A stretch of 64,000 bases of DNA. Origin: Candidatus Latescibacterota bacterium. GTDB lineage: Bacteria > Latescibacterota > UBA2968 > GCA-2709665. The position numbers were made by a program, and so were the translations under genes. Below, in pieces: positions 20,501-28,712 of this stretch. How positions within the stretch are numbered: position 1 is the first letter of the stretch; every line of letters begins with the position of its first letter. Location: contig OZ242180.1 in the NCBI GenBank assembly GCA_965205485.1, positions 1,120,001 to 1,184,000 of the forward strand, read 5' to 3'. Below the pieces are notes generated by a model. That model saw nothing but the letters and a program-made list of their open reading frames with translations. It ran no database searches and had not been told where the DNA came from.

Positions 20501-21286
20501 CTCTTCCACGAGGTCCCACCCCGGCATGACGTACTGCAGCGCGAAGTCCGCGTCGAACCCCCATACGCTGCCGTAATTGTCGGGGTCGGACAGGACGTGG
20601 TCGTACATCCGGAAGACCAGTCGCTTGTAGATCTCGGCGTAGACGTCTTTGCCGGTAAGTCCGTAGAGCAGGCCCCGCTGCCCGATCCTGCTCCACAGAC
20701 CGGTATGGGAGCCCCGTGCGATGTCTTCTTCGGCTTCCGCCATCTCGGCGTCCGGGTCCGGTTCTTCGGGGATTCCGGCGTCGCTGCGGGCATCCGGTCC
20801 ATACTTGACATCGAACATGGGACCGAGAGCAAGGGTCGATCCCGACTCGAAGCGCTCAAGGAGCAGGCCGGCCGCGGTCTCGACCCCCGATAAATCGCTT
20901 CCGAAAACCCCGACGGCGTTTCTGCCGTTGCCCCAGGGATCGTGGATCGTGTGGAGAAGATGGCCGCCGGCGCCGGGAAAGTGGTCGTCCGCCGGGGTGT
21001 AGCTGTAGCCGTATAGCCGGAAGGCCGCCTTGTTGTTGTTCAGATTGCCCAGAAGGATGAGGTTCCTTCGGGGCGTCCTCGCGGCGGCGTTGTGGTCCAG
21101 GATGGGCAGATCGGCGCCCGAAAGGTCCCGGACTTTTCTCTGGATAGCCTCGGCAACGGCGCCGTACCGGTCTTCCGACGGGCGTACGATGGCGGACGCG
21201 GCGCGTCCGTGTTCCACGAGGACGGTGTCGGGATAGAGCGGTTTGGGCTTCTTCAGGTTTTTCAGGGACATTCTCCGCTGCGGCAT
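17591..21286 (-). CDS. Large protein: heparinase/lyase-like N-terminal region plus C-terminal FG-GAP (VCBS) beta-propeller repeats
   Basis: HNH, GHKHYDGN and KFHNG motifs; seven to eight ADLDGDGxxEV repeats in the last ~340 aa; probable ATG 21286 after GGAG. Confidence 0.7.
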   Translation of the reverse strand: MPQRRMSLKNLKKPKPLYPDTVLVEHGRAASAIVRPSEDRYGAVAEAIQRKVRDLSGADLPILDHNAAARTPRRNLILLGNLNNNKAAFRLYGYSYTPADDHFPGAGGHLLHTIHDPWGNGRNAVGVFGSDLSGVETAAGLLLERFESGSTLALGPMFDVKYGPDARSDAGIPEEPDPDAEMAEAEEDIARGSHTGLWSRIGQRGLLYGLTGKDVYAEIYKRLVFRMYDHVLSDPDNYGSVWGFDADFALQYVMPGWDLVEESAAVSDEDRLRITRILFEFISDCVSHVGDVGNDRVRHNHATYAALGLHYAGAYFKKYYRATQAYDWLALSQKCFRVQVNAFKPYEDCGHYHWRTHFHAMRYTLSTGDMTFFETGNAQRAGDYAILTTDNLGCAVPNGDTASPFGTWTEVPYLRAMVCVTGDGRYQWMLDKKKAMAPRSHPYEHSRDVEPVEPADLEGAQVYPVDPSYYDSTNGSDHLPLDRTFDKVVFRDGFAPENQYLFLDGLSNGGHKHYDGNSICRLTQNNRIWLADCDYIKSLPKFHNGVLIFKDGQSAEIPPFVELERFAANRDTGFSQTTLRSYSGVDWRRNILWNRGAFFLVIDEMEALGEAEYSFRAVWQTLGDVKLSKGGLAVEQNGERFFIHGLPGPGLRLEDDPVTGKNWERYEHAEPIVRILQQIANVRLGKGEAYRFFNLLYCGPLKLEMSQIAGNAVRIDGGPETVFAGVGQTRTATALPSGPRVAAAQFQISPLALAIVDGTEVSWEDTVFRSDRPVSLEYDLSAARGTLVASGPAEITLSAGNSTEVEVDGRPTDADVSGGAVTFRVHGGRHDVALIPPALAGIRRATAGKTTTVFVPRFRTPRGMGRIPDLSSLWSHREDNALLSLQAADLDGDGRDEVIAGGRTGAIHAYKDGSPLWRYPTGGAVRSVCAADLENDGRPEVIAGSEDEHVYVLDATGDLEWDFKIPFYFQEPVVRSVFTGDIDGDGRLEVIAAVESWRYYAFSHDGKELWHQMTVRPSSTGCAADLDGDGRDEVIAGTDYHRWHCIDGNGDIRWSYHPATGPRANSAAAGDVDGDGLKEVAFAGADTHIHLLNAEGVLLSRFNTGDEVTRVLMTDMDGDGVDEIVASSMSFNVYVVRGDGRTLHWRTDLGEVVRCIAAADFNGDGKLEIAAGVEDGTVYLLANADGRPVGRFQAGGPVIDIVPADVDGDGIPEIVACSEDGFLHVISCIAK

Positions 21287-21384
21287 CGCGGACTCCGATC
21301 GTCGATTCGAACTTGTCGAAATGTGGACGCTGAGCTTGTCGAAGCGCCCGCGTTTCGGGACCAATTAGCAACCCTGTGCCCAGC

Positions 21385-22167
21385 CTATTGGTTTTCGATG
21401 AGTTGCTTCAGGTATGCGATTTCATGCGCCGCCGTCTCGTACGGCGGATGATGGCTGCCGTGTTCGATCGAAATGTAGCCGTCGAAGCCCTTGCGTTGCA
21501 GGCGCCGGATGAACGCGGTGAAATCCACGTCGCCGGCGTCCAGAAACGTTAGATTCGGCCAGTCGCCCACCCAGTTGTGGGCGTGCAGGTGGACAACGTG
21601 TTTTCCGAGTTGATCGACGGTATGGAAGACGGATTCGCCGACGAGAGGCGTCTGGAGATTGACTGTGAGGTTTTCCATACCCACGTCGTCGAGCAGCTTC
21701 AGCGTACTCGGGCTGGTATCCGTCAGGTTGGGCCCGTGGTGAATGACCTGGTGCGTTTCGAGCGGGAACACGATATTGTACGCGGCGCCCAATTCGCAGA
21801 TTTTCCGCAGGCCCCGGACGCACGCGTCCCATTGGCCGGCCGCGGCGTCCGCGCTTCCCACGTTTCCGGTATAGGTGCGGATAAAGGGACAGTCGAGCTC
21901 GACCGCGTATTCGATAAAGGTTTCGGCATCCCGGATACTTTGGTCCCAGGTGTCCTGGCTGGTGGTGAAGTCGAAGTAGGGGCAGACCTGCACGATCTCG
22001 AGGTCGTGTCCGTCTGCGATTGAGCGGACCCATGCCAGGTCCGCGTGGCTAAGGTACTGCTGCCAGAGTTCGATGCCGTCATAACCCAGTTCAGCCAGGT
22101 AGGGGATGGCTTTTTCCTGATCGGCCTGTTCGTTGCCGAATGCGTTGGTGCAGAATGCGGATTTCAT
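21385..22167 (-). CDS. Sugar phosphate isomerase/epimerase (AP endonuclease 2 TIM barrel)
   Basis: GYDGIEL, LETH, HLHAHN, GFDGYISIEH; start trimmed to ATG 22167. Confidence 0.8.
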   Translation of the reverse strand: MKSAFCTNAFGNEQADQEKAIPYLAELGYDGIELWQQYLSHADLAWVRSIADGHDLEIVQVCPYFDFTTSQDTWDQSIRDAETFIEYAVELDCPFIRTYTGNVGSADAAAGQWDACVRGLRKICELGAAYNIVFPLETHQVIHHGPNLTDTSPSTLKLLDDVGMENLTVNLQTPLVGESVFHTVDQLGKHVVHLHAHNWVGDWPNLTFLDAGDVDFTAFIRRLQRKGFDGYISIEHGSHHPPYETAAHEIAYLKQLIENQ

Positions 22168-22307
22168 TGGCAGTCGTGACGGAAAACACGCCGGGATGTA
22201 AGCGGAATACTTCTGGAATTCGACCTGACACGACCTTAAAATAGATTCGCGGAAGCTGATATCAAACAGGTATTCGAACAAGTCCATCAAGCAGAAGGGA
22301 GGAACCT

Positions 22308-23891
22308 GTGTCCGGACCCTTTAACTACGGAATCATCTACAACTGGGACGGGGCGCCGCACGGTTATTCCGAGGCGCCTCAGTCGATGGAGGCATTTCTC
22401 GAGAAGGCCTACGCGCCGATCGAGGAAACGCAGGTGGGGGCGCTGTTCTGGTGCATCGGCGAGCACGCCGCCCGCTGGCCGGATTCCGCGCTTGAAATGC
22501 TGGGCGACGTCCACGGGCGAAGGTACGAGAACGTCTCGGCCTATACCCACACCGAAAACATCCGCCTGATGCTCGAGCGAGGGGAGGACCCGCATATCTC
22601 GCTGATCGAACACGGCCGCGCACAGGGCATGGCCGTCTACGCATCCGTGCGCATGAACGACAACCACTTCGACGGGGCGCAGGTGGAAGACCTCCCGACG
22701 CTCCATCACAGCGAACTGACCGGGATGCGGCGGGAGCACCCGGAGTGGGTGCTGGGCGACCGGACGTCGGAGTGGTTCGCGCTCTCATGGAATATGGCTG
22801 TCCCCGAAGTCCGCCAGCAACGGTATACCCATATCGAGGAGGTCGTCACGCGGTACGACTGGGACGGCGTGGAACTGGACTGGCAGCGTCATGCGTTTCA
22901 CCTTCCCGAGGACGAGGCCTACCGGCTGCGGTACGTGCTTACCGACCTCCAGCGCCGGGTCCGGCAGTTGACGAACGACATCGCAAAGCAGCGCGGCAGG
23001 CCGTTCTATCTGGCGGCGCGCGTGGCGGGCTCGCAGGAGATGTGCCGCCGCATCGGCTACGATATTCCGGTGTGGATCGAAGAGGGGCTGGTGGACATCC
23101 TGATTCTGGGAGGAGGCGCCGTAACCGACGCGTCCCTGGAGGTGGCCGCGTTTGCGGAGATGTGCCGGGACAGGGGGATCGCCGTCTACGCGGGATTCGA
23201 CAGCGGATTGCCGGACCCGTTCGTGGGCCCGGAAGCGCTTGAAGTCAAGGACCGAATGCGCACCCGGGCGATTGCCTCCCGCTACCATCGCGCCGGCGCC
23301 GACGGAATTTACACGTTCAACTGGCACGCCAACCGGGACATGAAGCGGGAATTGCTCTCGCAGATCGCCTCGCCCGAAACACTCCGCCGTACGGACAAGA
23401 TCTATGCGGCCACACACCGGTTTATCCAAAAGGAGGGACCCTGGCGCGGCGCCTACCGCATCGACCGGATCCTGGGCGAGGTGCCGGTCGCCCTCAAGAA
23501 TACGATGACGGGTGAAATGCCGGCCATCACACTGGATATTGCCGACGACATCGAAAAGGACAGACCGGACCACATCGAACTCCGTGTCCGCCTGGACCAG
23601 TGGGTGGTCGGCGATCGTGTTCGGGTATGTTGGGACGGCCGGGAAATGGAAGCACCCGAATTCCGTTACTGCGTTATGGACAACACCAATCCTCCTGGGG
23701 GCGCCTTCCAGCCACCGCCCGGCATCCGCCGCATTTCCGACGTGAGCAAGGCGGCGTGGCTGTGCTTTCCGCTGCGCCCCTCTGATATCGCAAATGGGAG
23801 GCATACCGTCGAGGTCGGGCTGGTTGAACGGAATCCGCAAATCGCGTGCGACCTCATCCTGACGGACGTGGAAGTGGTCATTCGCTATTGA
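22308..23891 (+). CDS. Glycoside hydrolase-like 10 (GHL10) family TIM-barrel protein
   Basis: YNWDG, YASVRMNDNH, YDWDGVELDW, WIEEGLVD, GADGIYTFN; GTG start after GGAGG. Confidence 0.65.
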   Translation: MSGPFNYGIIYNWDGAPHGYSEAPQSMEAFLEKAYAPIEETQVGALFWCIGEHAARWPDSALEMLGDVHGRRYENVSAYTHTENIRLMLERGEDPHISLIEHGRAQGMAVYASVRMNDNHFDGAQVEDLPTLHHSELTGMRREHPEWVLGDRTSEWFALSWNMAVPEVRQQRYTHIEEVVTRYDWDGVELDWQRHAFHLPEDEAYRLRYVLTDLQRRVRQLTNDIAKQRGRPFYLAARVAGSQEMCRRIGYDIPVWIEEGLVDILILGGGAVTDASLEVAAFAEMCRDRGIAVYAGFDSGLPDPFVGPEALEVKDRMRTRAIASRYHRAGADGIYTFNWHANRDMKRELLSQIASPETLRRTDKIYAATHRFIQKEGPWRGAYRIDRILGEVPVALKNTMTGEMPAITLDIADDIEKDRPDHIELRVRLDQWVVGDRVRVCWDGREMEAPEFRYCVMDNTNPPGGAFQPPPGIRRISDVSKAAWLCFPLRPSDIANGRHTVEVGLVERNPQIACDLILTDVEVVIRY

Positions 23892-23947
23892 CGCCCTGCA
23901 AAACCGCAGTGCAAGGGCATGAGAATTTCTGACTGGAGGGAGATACG

Positions 23948-24532
23948 ATGGCCGTTACCGATTCGTTGCGCGAAAGGGTCCGCGCCGAGTTGCCGGAGGC
24001 CGGAGAAATCGTCGACCCCGCATTGCGGGAAAGGGTTATCGAGGCGTGGGCCACGGCGCTTGCCGGCAGCAGCTTCGAGGCGATCGCCGACATCCGCCCA
24101 TCCGGAAACCCGGATACGCCGCCCCTCAGGAAAGGGACGCAGACCGACCACATCCGCGGCGTGACCCGCCTGGCTATGGGAATGGCCGATGAAATGGTGT
24201 CGATGTTTCCGGACCTGACGGTTGACCGTGATATTCTCATTGCCGGCGCCCTTTGTCACGACGTCGGCAAGCCCTGGGAATTCGATCCGGAAAACCAGGC
24301 GCGCTGGAAGCGGGCGCCGGGCGCCGCCGGATACCCTTCAATAAGGCATCCGGCCTACGGCGTTCACGTATGCCTGAGCGTGGGGCTTCCGGAAACCGTG
24401 GCGCATATTGCCGGCGGGCATTCGGGGGAAGGAGAACTGGTGGTGCGGAGCCTCGAGAATACCATCGTAAACGCCGCGGACTACGCTTTCTGGCGGGTGC
24501 TGCGGGCCGGTGGGCTGCTTGAGGATGACTGA
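23948..24532 (+). CDS. HD-domain phosphohydrolase
   Basis: H...GALCHDVGK...RH...H pattern; GGAGG RBS. Confidence 0.8.
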   Translation: MAVTDSLRERVRAELPEAGEIVDPALRERVIEAWATALAGSSFEAIADIRPSGNPDTPPLRKGTQTDHIRGVTRLAMGMADEMVSMFPDLTVDRDILIAGALCHDVGKPWEFDPENQARWKRAPGAAGYPSIRHPAYGVHVCLSVGLPETVAHIAGGHSGEGELVVRSLENTIVNAADYAFWRVLRAGGLLEDD

Positions 24533-24635
24533 CGGACGATCCGTTCCCTGGTAGCGGAAACATGGGCAAAAAGCAGGTTCCGAAGCGGTCATTCGCTATT
24601 GACACCGCCCGATTCCTACGTTACTTCGTCGCGGG

Positions 24636-26102
24636 TTATTCGATCGTATCCAGGTCAGGCGTCGGAAATGTCCCGTATTCGACGAAGATATCCACATCTT
24701 CGACCACGATCCCTCCTTCGAATCCGGGAGGTCTTTCGCGCAAGGATATTTCGAGTACATTGCGGCCCTTCCGGGGTCGCACGTCTTCCAGGTCGAATTC
24801 CAGCAGTTGTCCCGCGTACGGATCCCGGTACCGGATCGGCGAGCGACGACATGACCCGCTGTCCAGACGGGCGCCGTTCAGCCGGATCTCGAGTCTGTCC
24901 GCCGAGACGAGATTGCTCACACCGATTCTGAGGCCAATGTGCCTTATGCGGTCATTTTCAGATTCGTCGGCGATGGAGAAAGGGATCTGATGAAATCTCC
25001 CCGGGTCGGCTGAGGCGATCTCAAGCGGCAGAAAGGCGCCGTAGTCGTATTCGGATGCCGCGTCGCACCGGCGGCGCAGGAAGTAGTGCTTGTCGGCTTC
25101 CCGTACCAGGTCCGCATCGCCCAGTTGCGTTAGGAGACTGCGGCCGGACTCGTCCAGGGGCCAGGGAAGAAACCAGGTGTACAGGCCGTCGACGTCCAAT
25201 TCCAGGAAATTCGCGGCGGCCGCCCGCATCATGGAGGCGGTCGCGTTGCCCGCCGTATCGAACCGACGGCTCTCGTCGCTGCGGTAAGGCTGAAGCATGC
25301 CGTAGACGGAGATATCGTTTTCGTGGGCGGCCTCCACGAGCCAGCCAACCGGCATATTGGCATCCAGTACGAAGTCGAGATAGAGCATCGGGACCACGAA
25401 GTCCACCAACCCTTCCCGGAGCCAGGTCCGCACGTCAAGCCCGGTCTTCAGGTTCAGTTCTTCGGTGGGGTAGACGCGGGCGCCGATCAACGCGGGACCC
25501 CCCGGCCGGCCCCGGACGATTTCGGCGGTCTCTCTCAGGAAATCTGTCATCACCGGGGTGTATTCGGATACGTCTTCCGTCCTAAGCCAGAAGGGACTGC
25601 CGCCGGGAGAGGCGGCGAAGTCCAGTTCCACGCCTTCCACGGCGTACCTCGTGGCGAGTTCTTTCAGTATCGCCCGCTGATGGTCGCGCACTTCGGGATG
25701 CACGAAACCCCGCCCTCCGTTATTGAGCGCGTGTTCCGCGGCCATGCCGCCGTAGGCGCCCATCCGCAGGCTGGCGATGAAGTCCATTCCCTTCTCGTGG
25801 GCGCGGTCGACCAGGACGGTCAGCGGGTCGAGGCCGCGCGCGATGAGACTCTGCATATTCTCCCAGGCGCGCCACTCGTGGACATGCTGGAACGGTCGAA
25901 GATCGTCACCGAACATCTGGCCGATCCTGGAGGGATAGAAGAGACCGTCGGCACGGGAGACGCCATAGACGAAGGTGTCCACGGCCGTGCCGGCGACTTC
26001 GTCCACGGGCACCCAGGCGTCTTCCAGCCGCATCGGCGGTTCGAAGACGAACAGATAGTAGTGGCGGGCGTCGTTGAAATAGATCGTGCGCTGTTTTCTC
26101 AT
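24636..26102 (-). CDS. GHL10-like TIM-barrel protein
   Basis: YFNDARH, IASLRM, VEGVELDF, WLREGLVD, VDGLY. Confidence 0.6.
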   Translation of the reverse strand: MRKQRTIYFNDARHYYLFVFEPPMRLEDAWVPVDEVAGTAVDTFVYGVSRADGLFYPSRIGQMFGDDLRPFQHVHEWRAWENMQSLIARGLDPLTVLVDRAHEKGMDFIASLRMGAYGGMAAEHALNNGGRGFVHPEVRDHQRAILKELATRYAVEGVELDFAASPGGSPFWLRTEDVSEYTPVMTDFLRETAEIVRGRPGGPALIGARVYPTEELNLKTGLDVRTWLREGLVDFVVPMLYLDFVLDANMPVGWLVEAAHENDISVYGMLQPYRSDESRRFDTAGNATASMMRAAAANFLELDVDGLYTWFLPWPLDESGRSLLTQLGDADLVREADKHYFLRRRCDAASEYDYGAFLPLEIASADPGRFHQIPFSIADESENDRIRHIGLRIGVSNLVSADRLEIRLNGARLDSGSCRRSPIRYRDPYAGQLLEFDLEDVRPRKGRNVLEISLRERPPGFEGGIVVEDVDIFVEYGTFPTPDLDTIE

Positions 26103-26166
26103 CGATTACCTTTCCCATCCATCCCGATGATGTCTCTCCCGGTGCGACGGATCTGTTCCGGCGCGA

Positions 26167-27750
26167 TTACTCCCCGGTAGGTTCGGACGGTCCCAGATCC
26201 GGATCGTCCATCCGGTGATAGCTCCTCCCCATGAGGTACCTGATCTCCAGCTCCAGGTCGCGGACGTAGACGTCCGGTGTGACGTCCGGGTCCCGTTCGA
26301 GCAGGCCGACCTCCAGTTCGTTCCGGCCCTGGCGCGGCCAGTTTGCGCGGTCCGGCCGGAATACGAACCAGTATCCGCAGCCGGTCCGATATCGCGGGGC
26401 GCTCATGCGGTACATCTCGTTGATCCTGCGCAATTGCGCGTCCGGAAGTTCCTTGCCGTTCAAGCGGAAACGAAACCGGTCCTTTTCCGTGGCATTCATG
26501 ATCCGCACGCGAAGCAGAACGTCGTGCACCCGTCCGGTTTCATCCCAGCGGGGGAGGTCATCGCTGATCCTGATTGAAATGTGGACCGGTTCTTCCCGGG
26601 TCAGCGCCGCGGGGAGGCCCATGGCAACGCCGGGTTCGGTGACGGGCCTGGGGTACCGCCCGGTCTCGGTGGGAACGTAGTAGTGCTTGTCCTTCGGGGC
26701 CATCACGTCCGCGTGGGGCAGTTCCCGCAGCTTCTCATAGAATGACGCCTGGTAGGGCCAGTTGCCGAACCAGTGGGCCATGTAGAGGCCGTCAACCCCC
26801 TGCGCCCAGTAGTTGCAGGCCGCCCCCCGGATCATTTCGATGGTGGCTTCGGCCAGGCGATCGGAGTCCACGTGGCTGTGCAGCGCGGCGTGGACCCGGC
26901 ACCCGGTACCTTCGGCCGCGTCGACGAGTTGGCCGAAGTCGACCGTCGAGTCGAGCAGTTCAGGGGTAGAGAATGTCTGCCCGATCAGGACGTCGACGAT
27001 TCCCCGCCGCAGCCATTCCCGAACGTCCAACCCCACCTGCAGGCACCCCTGGATACTGGCCGGAATCCGGACGGCGAGTTCGCGCTCGCGGCCGCTGTTC
27101 TTGACGGCGCGATGGATCCGGGCGATCCATTCGGTCATGACCTTACCGCCATCTTCGACCGCGTCCGGGTGGAAATAATACGGCGTGTAGTTGAGTTGCA
27201 GTTCGAAGCCGTCAACCGGATAGACGTTCAGCGTTTCCTCGACAATGGCGAACCGTTCTTCCCTGACCTCGGAGTGCGTGAAGTCGAGGCAGGTCAGCCC
27301 GGGAAACTCCGGGTCGAGGTCTCCTCGTGCGCCGATTTCCAGGTGGGTATTTTCAAACCGGAAGTCGGAACAACGGACGTCCTCGCCGCGTTCCCCGCGC
27401 CCCTGCTGCACAAGCAGGGTAGGATAGACGAGCATGCCCTTTTCGTGGGCCCGGTCGCAGATGAGGCGCAGGGGATCGTGGCCTTCCCGGATCAGCCGCA
27501 TGGCGTTCCGGTTTGCCCTGTCGAAGATGAGGTGAGGCCAATCATTCACGTTATGGCCCCAGATCTCGCCGACTTTCGTGTCGTGAAGGAACGTGCGGCC
27601 GTCACCAAGACAGAACATGATGGCGTCCACGGGCGTGCCCGCCAGTTCGTCCACGCTCGCTTCGAATTCCTCCTTCTGCATTGGAGGCTCGTACATATAG
27701 ATCAGAGGGTGGCGTCCGTCGTGGTAGAACATCATTCGTGGTTGTGGCAT
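26167..27750 (-). CDS. GHL10-like TIM-barrel protein
   Basis: FYHDGRH, VDGFELQL, WLRRGIVD, GVDGLY; tandem paralogue of the 24636 gene. Confidence 0.6.
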   Translation of the reverse strand: MPQPRMMFYHDGRHPLIYMYEPPMQKEEFEASVDELAGTPVDAIMFCLGDGRTFLHDTKVGEIWGHNVNDWPHLIFDRANRNAMRLIREGHDPLRLICDRAHEKGMLVYPTLLVQQGRGERGEDVRCSDFRFENTHLEIGARGDLDPEFPGLTCLDFTHSEVREERFAIVEETLNVYPVDGFELQLNYTPYYFHPDAVEDGGKVMTEWIARIHRAVKNSGRERELAVRIPASIQGCLQVGLDVREWLRRGIVDVLIGQTFSTPELLDSTVDFGQLVDAAEGTGCRVHAALHSHVDSDRLAEATIEMIRGAACNYWAQGVDGLYMAHWFGNWPYQASFYEKLRELPHADVMAPKDKHYYVPTETGRYPRPVTEPGVAMGLPAALTREEPVHISIRISDDLPRWDETGRVHDVLLRVRIMNATEKDRFRFRLNGKELPDAQLRRINEMYRMSAPRYRTGCGYWFVFRPDRANWPRQGRNELEVGLLERDPDVTPDVYVRDLELEIRYLMGRSYHRMDDPDLGPSEPTGE

Positions 27751-27927
27751 CTGTCGTTCCTTGCAAGATAGAGCTGTTAGCTTTCAGTCGTCAGCGATCA
27801 GCAAAAGGCGAAAACCAGATTCAGAACCCACATCCACCCAGCCCCGCAGACTTCTCTCCCGCGGGAGAAAGGGAGCAAGGCCAGGTCTTGCCCAATTAAT
27901 GCATTTCACAACTGGCGACCGGGGGTA

Positions 27928-28101
27928 TGGGGGGTTTTTCCGTGCGGATCCGTCCAGCGCATTCGCACTGGCACAGTTGAAGGGTTGGCAGGCCACCCAG
28001 TTCTCGTTTATGCCTCCGGAGTGATTCACGGAAAAACCGGCCCCCTGCCGAAGGGCGCGCTTCTTTTTGGTCCTTTTTCTTACGCGCATAAGAAAAAGGA
28101 C
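27928..28101. repeat. Structured repeat module B, copy 1
   Basis: About 78% identical (hand alignment) to 49589-49762; long outer stem and terminal 13-bp hairpin. Confidence 0.9.
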
Positions 28102-28184
28102 GTAAAAGAAGAAAAACAAAGGATTTATGAGAAAATACTGGAATGCAAGGACATACCTTTCGTTTGCCTTTCCCTTCCAAATCA

Positions 28185-28364
28185 TGCCTACGGCGTGTTC
28201 CTTTTGAAGCGACCAAAAGGAACCAAAAGTCGCCGCTGGGCGCGGGGCCTGCCTTATGCATGGCGCGAACTCCCTCACAGAACTCACCCGATACGCTGGC
28301 CTGCGAACCCCGTAGGAAAACGTAAATCGGTGCGGGACGGAACAACGCGCCCTGCTCTGGAAGT
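28185..28364. repeat. Structured repeat module A, copy 1
   Basis: 164/180 identical to 49265-49444, no indels. Confidence 0.95.
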
Positions 28365-28461
28365 ACTTTCGAGTAGTATCGCGTTAGACAACCGAATGCC
28401 TGACTGATGGCGAGCTATATGAGCTGGCGATACCATCAGGCGATGGACGCGCTACTACGTT

Positions 28462-28486
28462 GGGCAACCACAAGGGTTGCCCCTAC
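28462..28486 (-). repeat. GTAG-type REP-like palindrome (second variant)
   Basis: GGGCAACCACAAGGGTTGCCCCTAC; also at 49533-49557 and partial at 40227-40246. Confidence 0.8.
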
Positions 28487-28712
28487 AATTGCGACGACTG
28501 CGCAATGAGGGCAAGATGCCCTCGCTCCCGGGAACCTCTCCCCCCGGCCGCCAATAAACGGTGAGAGGCGAGACGGGAGCCGGGAGAAGAGATCTTTGCC
28601 GATCTGATCCTCCTCTTCGCCTCCGGCATAAATTGAAACCCAACGAGGCGTGCCATCTCTAACCTCTTACGTCATACGTCTCACCGCTTCTTGGGTGTAG
28701 ATCTGACCCGAA

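Noticed and set aside
21305..21347. CGCTGAGCTTGTCGAAGCG palindrome as coding N-terminus of the 21364 ORF
   Set aside because: Looks like a REP-like intergenic motif; a better start with an RBS exists at 21286; single copy here, so not promoted to a finding
27985..28407. ORFs here and at 49113-49652 sharing AYGVFLLKRPKGTKSRRW
   Set aside because: The similarity comes from non-coding module A; flanks differ and there are no protein motifs or transposase signature
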